A stretch of 32,000 bases of DNA from an uncultured Chloroflexia bacterium (GCA_963718915.1 CAVRAI010000015.1:150001-182000), one strand, 5' to 3'; positions 15,416 to 25,338 are shown, counted from the stretch's first letter. A program made the numbers and translations. Notes: generated by a model not told the origin, from the letters alone.

Positions 15416-17530
15416 ATGGCGGTTGAGCAGCGGGAGACGACTGAGACGACACCGGCGACGCGAGTGGTGAAGGGAGCGTGTCCGCACGATTGCCCCGACA
15501 CCTGCGCGACGCTGACCGAGGTGCGCGTGGATGATGGCCGCGCGGTTCGATTCACCGCCGCGCCGGAGCATCCCATCACCAAGGGCTGGCTCTGCGCCAA
15601 GGTGCGCCCGTACCTGGAGCGTGTCTATCATCCCGACCGGCTGCTAACCCCGCTGCGGCGCGTTGGCCCGAAAGGCGCCGCCGACCGCTGGGAGCCGATG
15701 ACCTGGGATGACACTATCGGCGAGATCACCAGCCGCTGGCAAAAGATCATCGCCCACTACGGCGCCGCCGCCATCCTGCCCTACTCCTATAGCGGCACCC
15801 TTGGATTGCTCCAGCTTGGCATCACCAACGCGCGGCTCTGGAACCGGATGGGCGCGAGCGGCCTCGAACGCTCCATCTGTGGCGCGGCGGCGGAGACAGC
15901 GATGCGCGCAACCTATGGCGCGCGCTGGGCGCCCGACTATGACGATGTCCTTGAGAGCCGCCTCATCATCATCTGGGGCCATAATCCCGCCTCAACCGGT
16001 CCGCACTTCCTGCCGCTGCTGCGTGAGGCGCAACGCCGTGGCGCCTACATCGTCGTGATCGATCCGCGCCGTACGCTGACCGCACGCTCCGCCGACGAAC
16101 ACCTCCAGCCGCGTCCCGCCACTGATGGCGCGCTGGCGCTCGGCCTGATGCATGTGCTCTTCGCCGAAGGGCTGCATGACGAACCCTGGCTGGAGGCGCA
16201 CTCGCTTGGCTGGCGCGACCTGCGCGACCGCGTTGCTAGCTACCCACCAGAGCGCGTGGCCGCGATCACTGGCATTCCAGCGGAGACAATCGTGGCGCTG
16301 GCGCGACGCCTGGGCACGATCAAACCAGCGCTGGTCAAGTTCGCCGACGGGCTGCAGCGGCATGGCAACGGTGGCCAGACGGTGCGGGCGGTGTGTAGCC
16401 TGCCCGCGATTGTCGGTCAGGTCGGCGTGCGCGGTGGTGGGTTATCCTACAGCACCAGCGACTATGTGCGCTGGGATACGGAGGCGCTGGGCCACGCCAG
16501 CGAATGCCCGCCGACACCGCGTATCGTGAATATGAACCGGCTGGGCGCGGCGCTGACCGGCGAGGTGAACGATCCGCCGATCATGTCACTCTACGTCTTC
16601 TGCGCCAATCCAGTTGTCTCGACGCCCAACACCGGGCGGATCATACAGGGCATGCTCCGCGACGACCTCTTCACCGTCGTCCACGATCTCTTCCTGACCG
16701 ACACGGCGCGCTATGCCGATATCGTCCTGCCCGCGACCAGCCAGCTCGAACAGACCGACCTGCACAAAGCGTATGGACACCGCAATCTCCAGTATAACGA
16801 GGCGGCGATTGCGCCACTGGGGGAGGCAAAGAGCAACTGGGAGGTGATGCGGCTGCTCGCGGCGGCGATGGGCTATGACGAGCCGTGGCTGCGCCAGTCA
16901 GCGGGGGAGGCTATCGCCGAGGTGCTGGATGCCACCCGCGCCACCAATCCGCTGCTCGACGGCATCACGCTGGAGCGGCTCCAGGCCGAGGGCACCGTCC
17001 CACTGACGATTCCGCCTGAGCGCGAAGTGCCGTTCGCCGATGGCTACTTCCCGACGCCCTCGGGCAAGGTGGAGCTACGTTGCGACGCGCTGGCGGCGAT
17101 GGGCCTCGATCCGCTACCGGACTATGTCGTGCCCGACGAGTTTGCCGAGAGGCCTGAAGGTGACACCCGGCTGACGCTGATTACCGCGGCGGCGCACCAC
17201 TTCACCTCCAGCAGCCTTGCCAACGTCGCCAGCCTGCTCGCCAAAGAGGGCGCTATCCCCTGGATCGAGATCCACCCCGAGGATGCGCGCCGCCGTGGCA
17301 TCGTTCATGACGCGATGGTGGTGGTAGCGAACGGGCGCGGCGAGTGTCGGCTACGGGCGGTGATCTCGGAGCAGGTCGCGCCAGGGGTGGTGGCCGCGCC
17401 GAAAGGCCGCTGGCAGTCACGCAGCGTAGACGGCCACAATGTCAACTGGACCACCTCGGATGCGCTGGCCGATCTGGCGGGCCAGAGCACCTTCCATAGC
17501 AATCTGGTAGAGGTTCGCCCCGCCGAGTGA
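15416..17530 (+). CDS. Molybdopterin-dependent oxidoreductase (MopB/DMSO-reductase superfamily), cytoplasmic, with an N-terminal 4Fe-4S motif
   Basis: CPHDCPDTC...C(AKV) cluster motif at the N-terminus. No Tat or signal peptide. Typical internal blocks (IIWGHNPA, ADIVLPAT) and a C-terminal molybdopterin dinucleotide-binding domain. SD GGGAGGG precedes the ATG at 15416. Confidence 0.85.
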   Translation: MAVEQRETTETTPATRVVKGACPHDCPDTCATLTEVRVDDGRAVRFTAAPEHPITKGWLCAKVRPYLERVYHPDRLLTPLRRVGPKGAADRWEPMTWDDTIGEITSRWQKIIAHYGAAAILPYSYSGTLGLLQLGITNARLWNRMGASGLERSICGAAAETAMRATYGARWAPDYDDVLESRLIIIWGHNPASTGPHFLPLLREAQRRGAYIVVIDPRRTLTARSADEHLQPRPATDGALALGLMHVLFAEGLHDEPWLEAHSLGWRDLRDRVASYPPERVAAITGIPAETIVALARRLGTIKPALVKFADGLQRHGNGGQTVRAVCSLPAIVGQVGVRGGGLSYSTSDYVRWDTEALGHASECPPTPRIVNMNRLGAALTGEVNDPPIMSLYVFCANPVVSTPNTGRIIQGMLRDDLFTVVHDLFLTDTARYADIVLPATSQLEQTDLHKAYGHRNLQYNEAAIAPLGEAKSNWEVMRLLAAAMGYDEPWLRQSAGEAIAEVLDATRATNPLLDGITLERLQAEGTVPLTIPPEREVPFADGYFPTPSGKVELRCDALAAMGLDPLPDYVVPDEFAERPEGDTRLTLITAAAHHFTSSSLANVASLLAKEGAIPWIEIHPEDARRRGIVHDAMVVVANGRGECRLRAVISEQVAPGVVAAPKGRWQSRSVDGHNVNWTTSDALADLAGQSTFHSNLVEVRPAE

Positions 17531-17578
17531 TGCCCAACGACGCTGACTGGCGGCACGCGCATTGCGGTAAGGGAAGTA

Positions 17579-17655
17579 GGCCGTAGCGTAAACGCTACGG
17601 CGAATGGGCCAGAGATGCGGGGAAATTCGCCGTGGCCTTCAGGCTACGGCGTGCC
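17579..17655 (+). repeat. Intergenic three-hairpin repeat element, copy 3 (full, modules swapped and inverted relative to copy 1)
   Basis: Hairpin CCGTAGCG-TAAA-CGCTACGG (17581-17600), core CGAATGGGCCAGAGATGCGGGGAAATTCG (17601-17629), hairpin CCGTGGCC-TTCA-GGCTACGG (17630-17649). Confidence 0.85.
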
Positions 17656-17722
17656 ATCCATCCAGCAACAATGGTTATTACGATGAGTGCGAGCAGTCTG
17701 GTCGAAACGAGAGGAGAACACT

Positions 17723-18139
17723 GTGACCCATTCACCGCATTCTCTGCCACGCAAGGTGGCCGCGCTGATTCTTACCCCTGAGGAGCTGACCGATGCCGAG
17801 CTGGCGCTTGACGAACTCGACTGGGGCGAGGAAGGACTGACCCGCGACGAGATTCGCGCGCGCTATCCAAAGTTGCCTTCGGCGCTCTACCTGCGGCTGC
17901 CCGCGAGCAAGCATTTTACCTCCACCGACGATGTGATTCTGAACGTCGCGGACTCGCGCGAGCGCGCCGAGGGCGAGATTCCCGGTGATTCGGGGGACAG
18001 CCCGGAGGCCGAATCCCTTGGCGATGGCGGCCCGCCCGCGTGGGGGCCAGACCCGATCTACTCGCGCTATGGCAAAGAGGATGGCGGCAGCGCCGAAGAC
18101 ACCGAGGAGCTTTTCTTGCCCGAAGAGGACGAGGAGTAG
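17723..18139 (+). CDS. Hypothetical acidic protein
   Basis: GTG at 17723 lies 6 nt after GAGAGGAG. The composition is coding-like and the C-terminus is Asp/Glu-rich. I recognise no domain. Confidence 0.5.
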   Translation: MTHSPHSLPRKVAALILTPEELTDAELALDELDWGEEGLTRDEIRARYPKLPSALYLRLPASKHFTSTDDVILNVADSRERAEGEIPGDSGDSPEAESLGDGGPPAWGPDPIYSRYGKEDGGSAEDTEELFLPEEDEE

Positions 18140-18305
18140 CGCGACTCGCAGCCAGCGAGGATCGAAGTATCGGCTGCGGGTGGCGTGTCTGGCTCTGCAA
18201 TTCGCGGTGGGCAGACGCGCGAGACGTTAAGAATGTCTATCAAAACCGTCATCGTCGCCATGCTTGCCAGCACATGCGTGAGCATGCCAGGGAAGGAAGG
18301 GGCTT

Positions 18306-18854
18306 ATGACCGGGCCATACCTCATCGTCCTGTCTGGCCTGCCCGGGAGTGGCAAGAGCACTATCGCCGAACTGCTGGCAAAACGCCTGCGTTTGCCTAT
18401 CTTTTCCGTTGATCCTATCGAGTCTGCTATCGTCACGGCTGGAATTGCCAGGAGCTTTGAGACAGGTCTAGCTGCCTACCTTGTTGCGGCAACGCTTGCC
18501 GATGAGCAACTCAAGCTCGGAAGCTCAGTGATCATCGACGCCGTCAATGCCGAGGAAGAAGCTAAAGATGTCTGGCGTGGGCTGGCAAAGAAGCATAGGG
18601 TTGAGTTGATCGTCCTCCTTGTCGCGCTTGAAAGTTCACTCCACAAGCAGCGCCTTGAATCCCGTGTGCGGAACCTCCACGGCTTCGGCGAAGTCACCTG
18701 GGACAATGTCGAAGCTCGACGGAAGGCATTCACTGCTTGGAAGGAGCCGGTTTTGGAACTCGACGCTTCGCGTGATGTTGAGATGAGTGTTGAGATAGCG
18801 GTGCAGTATATCGAGACACGATTCACCCAAACCGAGCGCAACGAAGATGTCTGA
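18306..18854 (+). CDS. P-loop ATPase / predicted kinase (AAA_33-like)
   Basis: Walker A LSGLPGSGKSTIAELL at the N-terminus, about 180 aa long. SD GGAAGGAAGGGG precedes the ATG at 18306. Confidence 0.75.
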   Translation: MTGPYLIVLSGLPGSGKSTIAELLAKRLRLPIFSVDPIESAIVTAGIARSFETGLAAYLVAATLADEQLKLGSSVIIDAVNAEEEAKDVWRGLAKKHRVELIVLLVALESSLHKQRLESRVRNLHGFGEVTWDNVEARRKAFTAWKEPVLELDASRDVEMSVEIAVQYIETRFTQTERNEDV

Positions 18855-18976
18855 TCGAGCGATAATCGCTACAAGCAGTTTCGAAAGTCGATGCGGCGAG
18901 AGTCTGTTACACCCTCGAGCAGGCAGTGGAGACCGTCGGCCCTGAGTGCCCTGACCTCCCCGCCTTGGCGCACTGA

Positions 18977-18996
18977 CCCCTACCTTTAGGGAGGGG
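18977..18996 (+). repeat. Small hairpin CCCCTACC-TTTA-GGGAGGGG (second copy of the 15316-15348 motif)
   Basis: It shares CCCCTACC and T(W)nAGGGAGGGG with the region at 15316-15348. Confidence 0.5.
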
Positions 18997-19182
18997 ATAG
19001 CGCCACCTAGAACAGGTGTGCTATGCTCCAGCGGTACGGCTTGAGGAAGCGCCTGCTCCTAGAGACCAGGCGCCCGTCCCATCGGACCGGGCAGGCCCGT
19101 CAGGCGCGAACGTCGTCCATTGGGACAGACGTCGCCTGGGCATCACTCCTGGAGAGTGTCAACGTGTGTCCATAGGAGAGGC

Positions 19183-19854
19183 ATGATGAAGTATCTTCTC
19201 ACGTCCGCTGGCGTCAAGAACACGAGCATCCACAACGCGCTGGTCGAGATGCTGGGCAAGCCAATCGCCGAGTGCGATGCCCTCTGCATTCCCACGGCCG
19301 TGTACGGGCACCCCATGGCTGGTCCTCGCAATGCGTGGCGGTTCATCAGCGGACAAGAACCTCAATGCCCCATGGTTGGACTGGGGTGGAAGTCCATGGG
19401 AGTGCTGGAGCTCACCGCGCTGCCTAGCCTCGATGAGGAACGCTGGGTCCCCCTGGTCCGAGCGACCGACGTCCTGCTTGTCGAAGGCGGCGATGCCGCG
19501 TACTTGTGCCACTGGATGCGAGCGTCCGGCCTCGCGGACCTCCTGCCGTCGCTGCGCGAGACGGTCTGGGTGGGACTGAGCGCCGGGAGCATGGTGATGA
19601 CCCCCCGTATCGGAGACGACTTCGTCACCTGGCATTCCCCGGCCGGCGACAGGACGCTGGGCGTGGTCGGCTTCTCGATCTTCCCGCACGTCGGCAACCC
19701 GGACCTGCCAGAGAACACCATGGCCGCCGCGGAAAAATGGGCGGCCAGCATCTCAGGTCCGGCGTATGCGATCGACGACGAGACCGCCATCAAAGTCGTC
19801 GACGGCGCCGTCGAAGTCGTCTCCGAGGGGCAGTGGAAGCTGTTTACCCCCTAA
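19183..19854 (+). CDS. Peptidase S51 (peptidase E-like) / type 1 glutamine amidotransferase-like protein
   Basis: MMKYLLTSAGVKN..., VLLVEGGDAAYL and GLSAGSMVM (nucleophile Ser context). ATG at 19183 follows AGGAGAG; the track's TTG at 19120 is unlikely. Confidence 0.8.
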   Translation: MMKYLLTSAGVKNTSIHNALVEMLGKPIAECDALCIPTAVYGHPMAGPRNAWRFISGQEPQCPMVGLGWKSMGVLELTALPSLDEERWVPLVRATDVLLVEGGDAAYLCHWMRASGLADLLPSLRETVWVGLSAGSMVMTPRIGDDFVTWHSPAGDRTLGVVGFSIFPHVGNPDLPENTMAAAEKWAASISGPAYAIDDETAIKVVDGAVEVVSEGQWKLFTP

Positions 19855-20051
19855 TCCACTGGGTCGGCCAGGAGCAGTTTGAGCCGTTGGTGCTCTAGCG
19901 TGGTTGACCCGATCGCGCCTCGTACACCGCCGCCTCCACAGTTCGCCCGACGGCGGATGGAGGGCTGGATGAACGCCGAGCGCTGGTCCGAAAGATGAAT
20001 GCTGCTCATACGAGCAGGCTAATTCAGCAGCTGAGTGTTTTGGAACCGCCG

Positions 20052-20447
20052 CTAGCGCACTTTCGACGTGTTTAGCCCCACGGCTTCGACAATAAGTGCC
20101 TGCAACGCGGCCTCATCGACCCTGGCGCCTTCCTGGAAATCGATAGCGCGAACGGTATTGCTATCGAGGCGCGTATTGAAGAGCTTCTCCGGATCCTTCA
20201 TTTGAGCGCCTTTGGGGAACGTCAATCTCACAGCATGCTTGAGCGTATCAGCCACACATATCGTTCCATTGTGGGACCACACGGGAACCCCTTCGGGTCT
20301 GGAGGGCTTTTTCCATTTCACTTCTTCAACCACGGCAGGGTCGGCTTCCTTGATCAACGCACGCAGTTGTGACAGTTTCGCACCTCGCCAATCACTTGAT
20401 TTCTTAATGATGTCGTCTATCTGTTGAGAGGCGGGTTTGTCTTCCAT
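20052..20447 (-). CDS. DUF1801 (YdhG-like) domain protein
   Basis: Pattern IDDIIKKSSDWRGAKLSQLRALIKEADPAVVEEVKWKKP...VWSHNG...LTFPKGA. A strong SD AGGAGG lies 7 nt before the ATG at 20447. Confidence 0.75.
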   Translation of the reverse strand: MEDKPASQQIDDIIKKSSDWRGAKLSQLRALIKEADPAVVEEVKWKKPSRPEGVPVWSHNGTICVADTLKHAVRLTFPKGAQMKDPEKLFNTRLDSNTVRAIDFQEGARVDEAALQALIVEAVGLNTSKVR

Positions 20448-20636
20448 GTCGTGGCCTCCTGGATGACCTGGACAGCTTTAGCGTTCTCCACCGGACACCT
20501 CACCTTGGCTCTCGCCTGATGCTCTGGCCGATCTGTCTGCCAAACAGTAAGATGCTGGCTCACGGCACTGGGATACATGTCACCCAGGCGCAAGCCAGCA
20601 AGTCCCATCACCGATGGACATCAGAGAACCGTCGCG

Positions 20637-20900
20637 CTACTTGCCTTCATAGTAGTCCGCGTTGATCTTGACGTATTCCTTCCACTGCACCGGGACGGCG
20701 CTCTCCTCGAAGATGGCGGTCACTGGACAGGCAGGCTCGCACGCGCCACAGTCGATGCATTCCTCTGGGTTGATATAGAGTATGTCAACGCTCTCGAAGT
20801 CGCTCTCGCCTTGCGCCGGGTGAATGCAGTCTACGGGGCACACATCCACGCAGGATGCATCTTTGACACCGACACAGGGCTGCGTGATCACATACGTCAT
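20637..20900 (-). CDS. fdxA: 7Fe ferredoxin (FdxA-type, [3Fe-4S][4Fe-4S])
   Basis: MTYVITQPCVGVKDASCVDVCPVDCIH...CIDCGACEPACPVTAIF closely parallels actinobacterial FdxA. ATG at 20900 follows GAGGAG. The track's N-terminal 46 codons are spurious. Confidence 0.9.
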   Translation of the reverse strand: MTYVITQPCVGVKDASCVDVCPVDCIHPAQGESDFESVDILYINPEECIDCGACEPACPVTAIFEESAVPVQWKEYVKINADYYEGK

Positions 20901-20997
20901 GGAATAGAACTCCTCACTGCCTGAAAACCTGAAAATGAGCGCACATTGACGGTGCGCGTGTCGCCTGGACTGTGAGCGTCGGCCATCCGACACCATG

Positions 20998-21027
20998 CCA
21001 TCCGCATACGTACCATTGCGCGGATGG
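20998..21027 (-). other. 8-bp stem-loop between the trmD stop and the ferredoxin gene (trmD terminator or ferredoxin leader)
   Basis: CCATCCGC (20998-21005) / GCGGATGG (21020-21027) with a 14-nt loop. A minus-strand TATAAT lies at 21041-21046. Confidence 0.3.
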
Positions 21028-21069
21028 CGCTCTGCCACTCATTATACCGACTTCAACGCGCAACCGCTA

Positions 21070-21840
21070 CTATTGGCCCGTGGAATCTCCGCCATCGCGC
21101 TCCGCCTCCGCCGCGTTCGCCTCCGCCTCGGCGTCCAGTTCAGCCAGCAGCTTGCGGTCCAGCGGCGTCAACTCCAGCCGCGCGAAGAGATCGGGCCGCC
21201 GGGCGTGCGTCCGTCGGAGCGATTCTTTACGACGCCAGCGCGCGATGGCCGCGTGGTTGCCGCTGAGCAGCATCTCTGGCACACGCCATCCGCGAAACTC
21301 TGCGGGGCGTGTATAGTGCGGATACTCCAGCAGGCCCGCCGTGTGCGACTCCTCCTCGGTCGAGCCAGCCGCCAGCACCCCCGGTAGCAGGCGTGCAACC
21401 GCGTCCACCAGCACCATCGCCGCCAGCTCGCCGCCTGTCAGCACGAAATCGCCCAGCGAGATTTCATCGGTCACCAGATGCTCGCGCACCCGCTCGTCAA
21501 CGCCTTCATAATGTCCGCAAATCAGCGTGATGCGCGGCTCATCGGCCAGTTCGCGCGCGATCTGCTGGCTGAAGACACGCCCCTGCGGACTGAGCAGGAT
21601 GATCGGCCCGCCGACGCCAAGCTGTTCCACGGCGGCGAAGAGCGGCTCCGGCTTCATCACCATGCCCGCGCCGCCGCCGTAGGGATAGTCATCCACGATG
21701 TGGTGGCGGTCGGTGGTGACATCGCGCGGATTGTGCAGCCCAATCTCCAGCAGGCCACGCTCGCGGGCACGCGCCAGGATGCTCTCGTCCAACGGCCCGC
21801 GAAACATCTCGGGGAAGAGTGTAAAGATCTCGAAGCGCAC
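21070..21840 (-). CDS. trmD: tRNA (guanine37-N1)-methyltransferase TrmD
   Basis: [13 protein letters not shown]...[17 protein letters not shown]...[16 protein letters not shown] at 21840 follows GGGAGG. It has a short acidic C-terminal extension. Confidence 0.93.
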   Translation of the reverse strand: MRFEIFTLFPEMFRGPLDESILARARERGLLEIGLHNPRDVTTDRHHIVDDYPYGGGAGMVMKPEPLFAAVEQLGVGGPIILLSPQGRVFSQQIARELADEPRITLICGHYEGVDERVREHLVTDEISLGDFVLTGGELAAMVLVDAVARLLPGVLAAGSTEEESHTAGLLEYPHYTRPAEFRGWRVPEMLLSGNHAAIARWRRKESLRRTHARRPDLFARLELTPLDRKLLAELDAEAEANAAEAERDGGDSTGQ

Positions 21841-21940
21841 CCATCGCCTCCCACATGAAAGAACCTACCGAATATGCAGCAATATGGTAGTATACGATAG
21901 CCCTTATTTTATCAGAGACGGCTGATGGCGGGGATGGCGA

Positions 21941-22003
21941 GTCGTAGCGCATATACGACACCGAGTAAGCCGGGAAATTCGCCGTGGCCTTCAGGCTACG
22001 GCG
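21941..22003 (+). repeat. Intergenic three-hairpin repeat element, copy 4 (diverged 5' half)
   Basis: GTCGTA-GCGCATA-TACGAC (21941-21959), ...GGGAAATTCG (21972-21981), and CCGTGGCC-TTCA-GGCTACGG (21982-22001), which is identical to the 3' hairpin of copy 3. Confidence 0.75.
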
Positions 22004-22035
22004 GGCTGGGTAGCGATCACAGGATCACGTATCGT

Positions 22036-23715
22036 ATGGCAATTTTCTGGCCGACTGGAACACAGGAACAGGTGCGCGCGGGCGAGGCGTTGCGACGCGC
22101 GCTCAGCTCCGCAGTGACGCTCATCGGGGGTGGCGCGGGCATCCTGGCGCTCGACGATACCGGCGTCGCGGAGGAATCGGGAAGCGGCGTCGCGCAACGG
22201 GATGGCGAGGTAACCGTGCTTGCCTATGGCACCCGGCTGGAGGCGGCGCTGAGCCTGGTCAACCGGCTGGGCGCCGACGCGATTCCCCTGCCGATGGATG
22301 GGCGCCCGCGCGTGAGTGTGCTACCGGAATACTGGGGCGGCGAGATCGCGACCCTGGCGCTGGCCGACGCCGACGGCGCGATTGGCGAAATCCACCTGCT
22401 CGGCCCGGCAGGCTTCTCCAGTTCCCGTCCGCTGGCCGATGCCCGCCGACGCCAGGCGCTGGTCAACGAACTGACGACGGTGATACGACTTCATCAGGAA
22501 CGCAGCCGTCTGCAACAGGAAAATCGCCAGCTCAGTTCAATTCTCTACTTCAGCGGCGACGGCATTGTAACAGTAGACTCCGCACTCCGCATCACCGGCT
22601 TCAATCAGGCGATGGAGATGATGACCGCCTGGCACCCCCATGAGGCGATGGGCAAGTTCTACTACGATGTCCTACGCCCCCACGACCCGCAAGGCAAGCC
22701 GCTCGGCCTCGACCGCGACCCGCTGCTGCTGGCGATCTCCAGCGGGCGAACGGCGCTCAACCGCGAGCTGATCCTGCTGACCCGTGACGGCCAGCGTGTC
22801 AATGTCTCGGTGACGGCGGCGGCCTATCAGGCAGCGCAGGGCCAGCCGATGGGAGGCGTGCTCAACGTGCGCGACATCACCCGCACGCGCGAAGCCGAAG
22901 AATTGCGCAGCACCTTCGTCTCGGTCGTCTCGCACGAGTTGCAGACGCCGATTGCCATTATCAAGGGGTACGCCTCGACACTGGCGCGCGCGGATGCTCG
23001 CTGGGACGCCGAGGCGCTCCGCGAGCGGCTGCACGCCATCGAGGAGGAGGCCGACCGGCTCAACCATCTGGTGGCCAACGTGATGTATGCCTCACGCATC
23101 CAGGCTGGTGGGCTGACGATGGAGCGCGGCGAACTCGATCTCTCGGAGATGACCCGGTCGGTGGTGCGACGTTTCCTCGCGCGCAGCCCGGATCGCAAAA
23201 TCTCGGTGCGGTTCCCGGCGGAGATGCCGCTGCTCTATGCGGATCGCGGGCGCATCGAGGAGGTGCTGCTCAATCTGCTGGATAACGCGGTCAAGTATTC
23301 ACAGCGGGGGCTGGATATCCGCGTGCGCGGGCAGGTGACCGACGATGAGGTGATCGTCAGCGTCACCGACGCTGGACAGGGCATCCCGCTCCGCGAGCAG
23401 GAACGCATCTTCGAGCGCTTCCAGCAGCTCGACAATTCGGCCAGTCGGCGCGCGGCGGGCGCGGGCCTGGGCCTCTACATCTGCCGCGCCATCGTGGAGG
23501 CGCATGGTGGGCGCATCTGGGTGCAGAGCGAACTGGGCGCTGGTTCGACCTTCTTCTTCAGTCTGCCGCGCAGCGAGAAGCCGCAATTTCCGGTGGTGCT
23601 CTTCGGCGCGGCGCGTGAGACGCAGCATACACACGAAAACCGGGCGGATGGCGTTGCGGGCGCGACAGACGAGTTAGACGCGCTAGAGGAGTCGGATGAT
23701 GGAACAGGGGTTTGA
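22036..23715 (+). CDS. Cytoplasmic sensor histidine kinase (N-terminal GAF-like region, PAS, HisKA, HATPase_c); the kinase core is KdpD-like
   Basis: PAS ([26 protein letters not shown]), H-box [18 protein letters not shown]-box [13 protein letters not shown]-boxes DAGQGI and [18 protein letters not shown]. No TM helix. The start is moved to the ATG at 22036 because the track start at 21925 runs through repeat copy 4. Confidence 0.85.
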   Translation: MAIFWPTGTQEQVRAGEALRRALSSAVTLIGGGAGILALDDTGVAEESGSGVAQRDGEVTVLAYGTRLEAALSLVNRLGADAIPLPMDGRPRVSVLPEYWGGEIATLALADADGAIGEIHLLGPAGFSSSRPLADARRRQALVNELTTVIRLHQERSRLQQENRQLSSILYFSGDGIVTVDSALRITGFNQAMEMMTAWHPHEAMGKFYYDVLRPHDPQGKPLGLDRDPLLLAISSGRTALNRELILLTRDGQRVNVSVTAAAYQAAQGQPMGGVLNVRDITRTREAEELRSTFVSVVSHELQTPIAIIKGYASTLARADARWDAEALRERLHAIEEEADRLNHLVANVMYASRIQAGGLTMERGELDLSEMTRSVVRRFLARSPDRKISVRFPAEMPLLYADRGRIEEVLLNLLDNAVKYSQRGLDIRVRGQVTDDEVIVSVTDAGQGIPLREQERIFERFQQLDNSASRRAAGAGLGLYICRAIVEAHGGRIWVQSELGAGSTFFFSLPRSEKPQFPVVLFGAARETQHTHENRADGVAGATDELDALEESDDGTGV

Positions 23716-24442
23716 CCCACGCAGCATTACGGTGCTGGTGGTCGATGATGAGCCAAGGCTGGTGGACGTGCTGCGTCTGGACCTGGAGATTGAGGGCTAC
23801 CGCGTCGTTGCCGCCGCCAACGGCTACGAGGCGCTGGACCGGCTCAAGGATGACCTGCCCGACCTGGTGCTCCTCGACGTGATGATGCCGGAGATGGACG
23901 GCTTCGAGACGCTCCGTCATATTCGCGAGGTCTCGAATGTGCCGGTGGTGATGCTGACTGTTCGCCAGGAGGAGTCCGACCGCATCCGTGGCTTGGAAAT
24001 CGGCGCCGACGATTACCTGGCCAAGCCGTTCAGCCCGCGCGAGTTGCAATCGCGCATCCGTGCGCTGTTGAGGCGGACATTCACCCCCGCGCCCGCCCGC
24101 AAGACGCGCATCATCGTCGATAGCGACCTGATGATCGACTTCGACCGGCGTGAGGTCTGGGTGCGCGGCCAGAAGGTGACGCTCCGCCCGACCGAATACC
24201 GGCTGCTCTACCATCTCGTGAACAACGCCGGGCGGCTGATGACCCACGAGACGCTGCTCTCGAAGGTCTGGGGCCACGAATACCGCGACGAGTCGCACTA
24301 TCTCCGCCTCTACATCACCTACCTGCGGCAGAAGCTGGAGCGCAACCCTTCTCAGCCGCAATACATCCTGACCGAGCGCGGCGTGGGCTACCGCTTCCGC
24401 GAGCTGGCAGAGGAGGCCGACGCGCCCGCGCCCCAGCCATAG
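23696..24442 (+). CDS. OmpR/KdpE-family response regulator
   Basis: Receiver domain (VLVVDDEP...[14 protein letters not shown]) plus a winged helix ([12 protein letters not shown]...[15 protein letters not shown]...[11 protein letters not shown], close to the KdpE signature). It overlaps the kinase gene by 20 nt. Confidence 0.9.
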   Translation: MMEQGFDPRSITVLVVDDEPRLVDVLRLDLEIEGYRVVAAANGYEALDRLKDDLPDLVLLDVMMPEMDGFETLRHIREVSNVPVVMLTVRQEESDRIRGLEIGADDYLAKPFSPRELQSRIRALLRRTFTPAPARKTRIIVDSDLMIDFDRREVWVRGQKVTLRPTEYRLLYHLVNNAGRLMTHETLLSKVWGHEYRDESHYLRLYITYLRQKLERNPSQPQYILTERGVGYRFRELAEEADAPAPQP

Positions 24443-24466
24443 CCAGGAGCATGTGAGAACGTACAC

Positions 24467-24874
24467 CTATGGCCTGTTCGCCGGGCCACCGGGAGCAAAC
24501 TCGAGCGCCTGGAGCAGCCCCATCCCCAGAATCACGATGCCATAGACTGGGCCGAACGTCAGGCCCAGGAGCAGGCTGAGCGCCGCCAGGCTGCTGCCAA
24601 CGAGCGCGCTGCCCCACCGGCCCACGCGCATCCAGCCCGCGGTGTCGGCGCTACCGACTGGCAATAGCTCAGCGCCCCAGCCAAAGTTTGCCAGGCCCAG
24701 AAATCCGATAGCCACCATGAAGAGTGGCGTGCCGTGCCCGATGGCGAGCATGAAGAGCGCGAAGCCGATCAGCCCCAGGCCGCTCACCGCGCCCGCCCAG
24801 GCAATGCCCTTGTGGCTTGGCGCTCCCCAGAAGAAGCGTTTCCAGAATCGTCGCATAGGATCCCCCAATGCCAT
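24467..24874 (-). CDS. Small 4-TM membrane protein (unknown family)
   Basis: Hydrophobic segments GIAWAGAVSGLGLIGFALFMLAI, LFMVAIGFLGLANFGWGA, WGSALVGSSLAALSLLLGL and VYGIVILGMGLL. The start is ambiguous: GTG at 24913, ATG at 24874, or ATG at 24856 (the last follows GGGGGA). Confidence 0.6.
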   Translation of the reverse strand: MALGDPMRRFWKRFFWGAPSHKGIAWAGAVSGLGLIGFALFMLAIGHGTPLFMVAIGFLGLANFGWGAELLPVGSADTAGWMRVGRWGSALVGSSLAALSLLLGLTFGPVYGIVILGMGLLQALEFAPGGPANRP

Positions 24875-24891
24875 AGCGCGAAGATTCAGCG

Positions 24892-25338
24892 CTATGGCCG
24901 CCAGCGCCGCCACATATACCCGCCCAGCCAGGTAAGCGAGATCAGCAGCAGCAGGACGCCGATGGCCACGGGCATGGCGTCGCGAAGCGCTGGAAAGAAG
25001 ATGACGCTGAAAAACAGGGCGTACAGTCCAAGGTAGGCGACGTAGAATGCGTCGGATTGCGCCGCCGAGTTCATCGCGCGCTGCCCTTCATCCATCCCGC
25101 GCGCGTCGAGATAGTCGCCCTGCAACGCGAGGATCCCGACGGGAAGCGTCCCCGCCACGGCCAGCGCGAAGACCAGCGCGTTGATCGGGTTCAGCCGACC
25201 GATCCACCACGTCACGAGCGCGAAGAGCAACGCCGCCACCGCACACGCGAGATAGACCACGCCGATGAGGCGCTGTGAGATATGCCTCCGCCGACTCCGC
25301 GCGCTGGCGTCACGTCGTGGCGTCCGTTGCTCAGTCAT
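24892..25338 (-). CDS. Small 4-TM membrane protein, translationally coupled to the XRE regulator (possibly DUF2178-like)
   Basis: ATG at 25338 lies within ATGACTGA and overlaps the XRE stop at 25331-25333. A basic N-terminus (RTPRRDASARSRRRH) is followed by 4 TM helices. Confidence 0.65.
   Translation of the reverse strand: MTEQRTPRRDASARSRRRHISQRLIGVVYLACAVAALLFALVTWWIGRLNPINALVFALAVAGTLPVGILALQGDYLDARGMDEGQRAMNSAAQSDAFYVAYLGLYALFFSVIFFPALRDAMPVAIGVLLLLISLTWLGGYMWRRWRP

Noticed and set aside
21925-22035. ATG at 21925 as the histidine-kinase start.
   Set aside because: The extension is encoded by repeat copy 4, an intergenic element found at three other sites, so it is unlikely to be genuine coding sequence.
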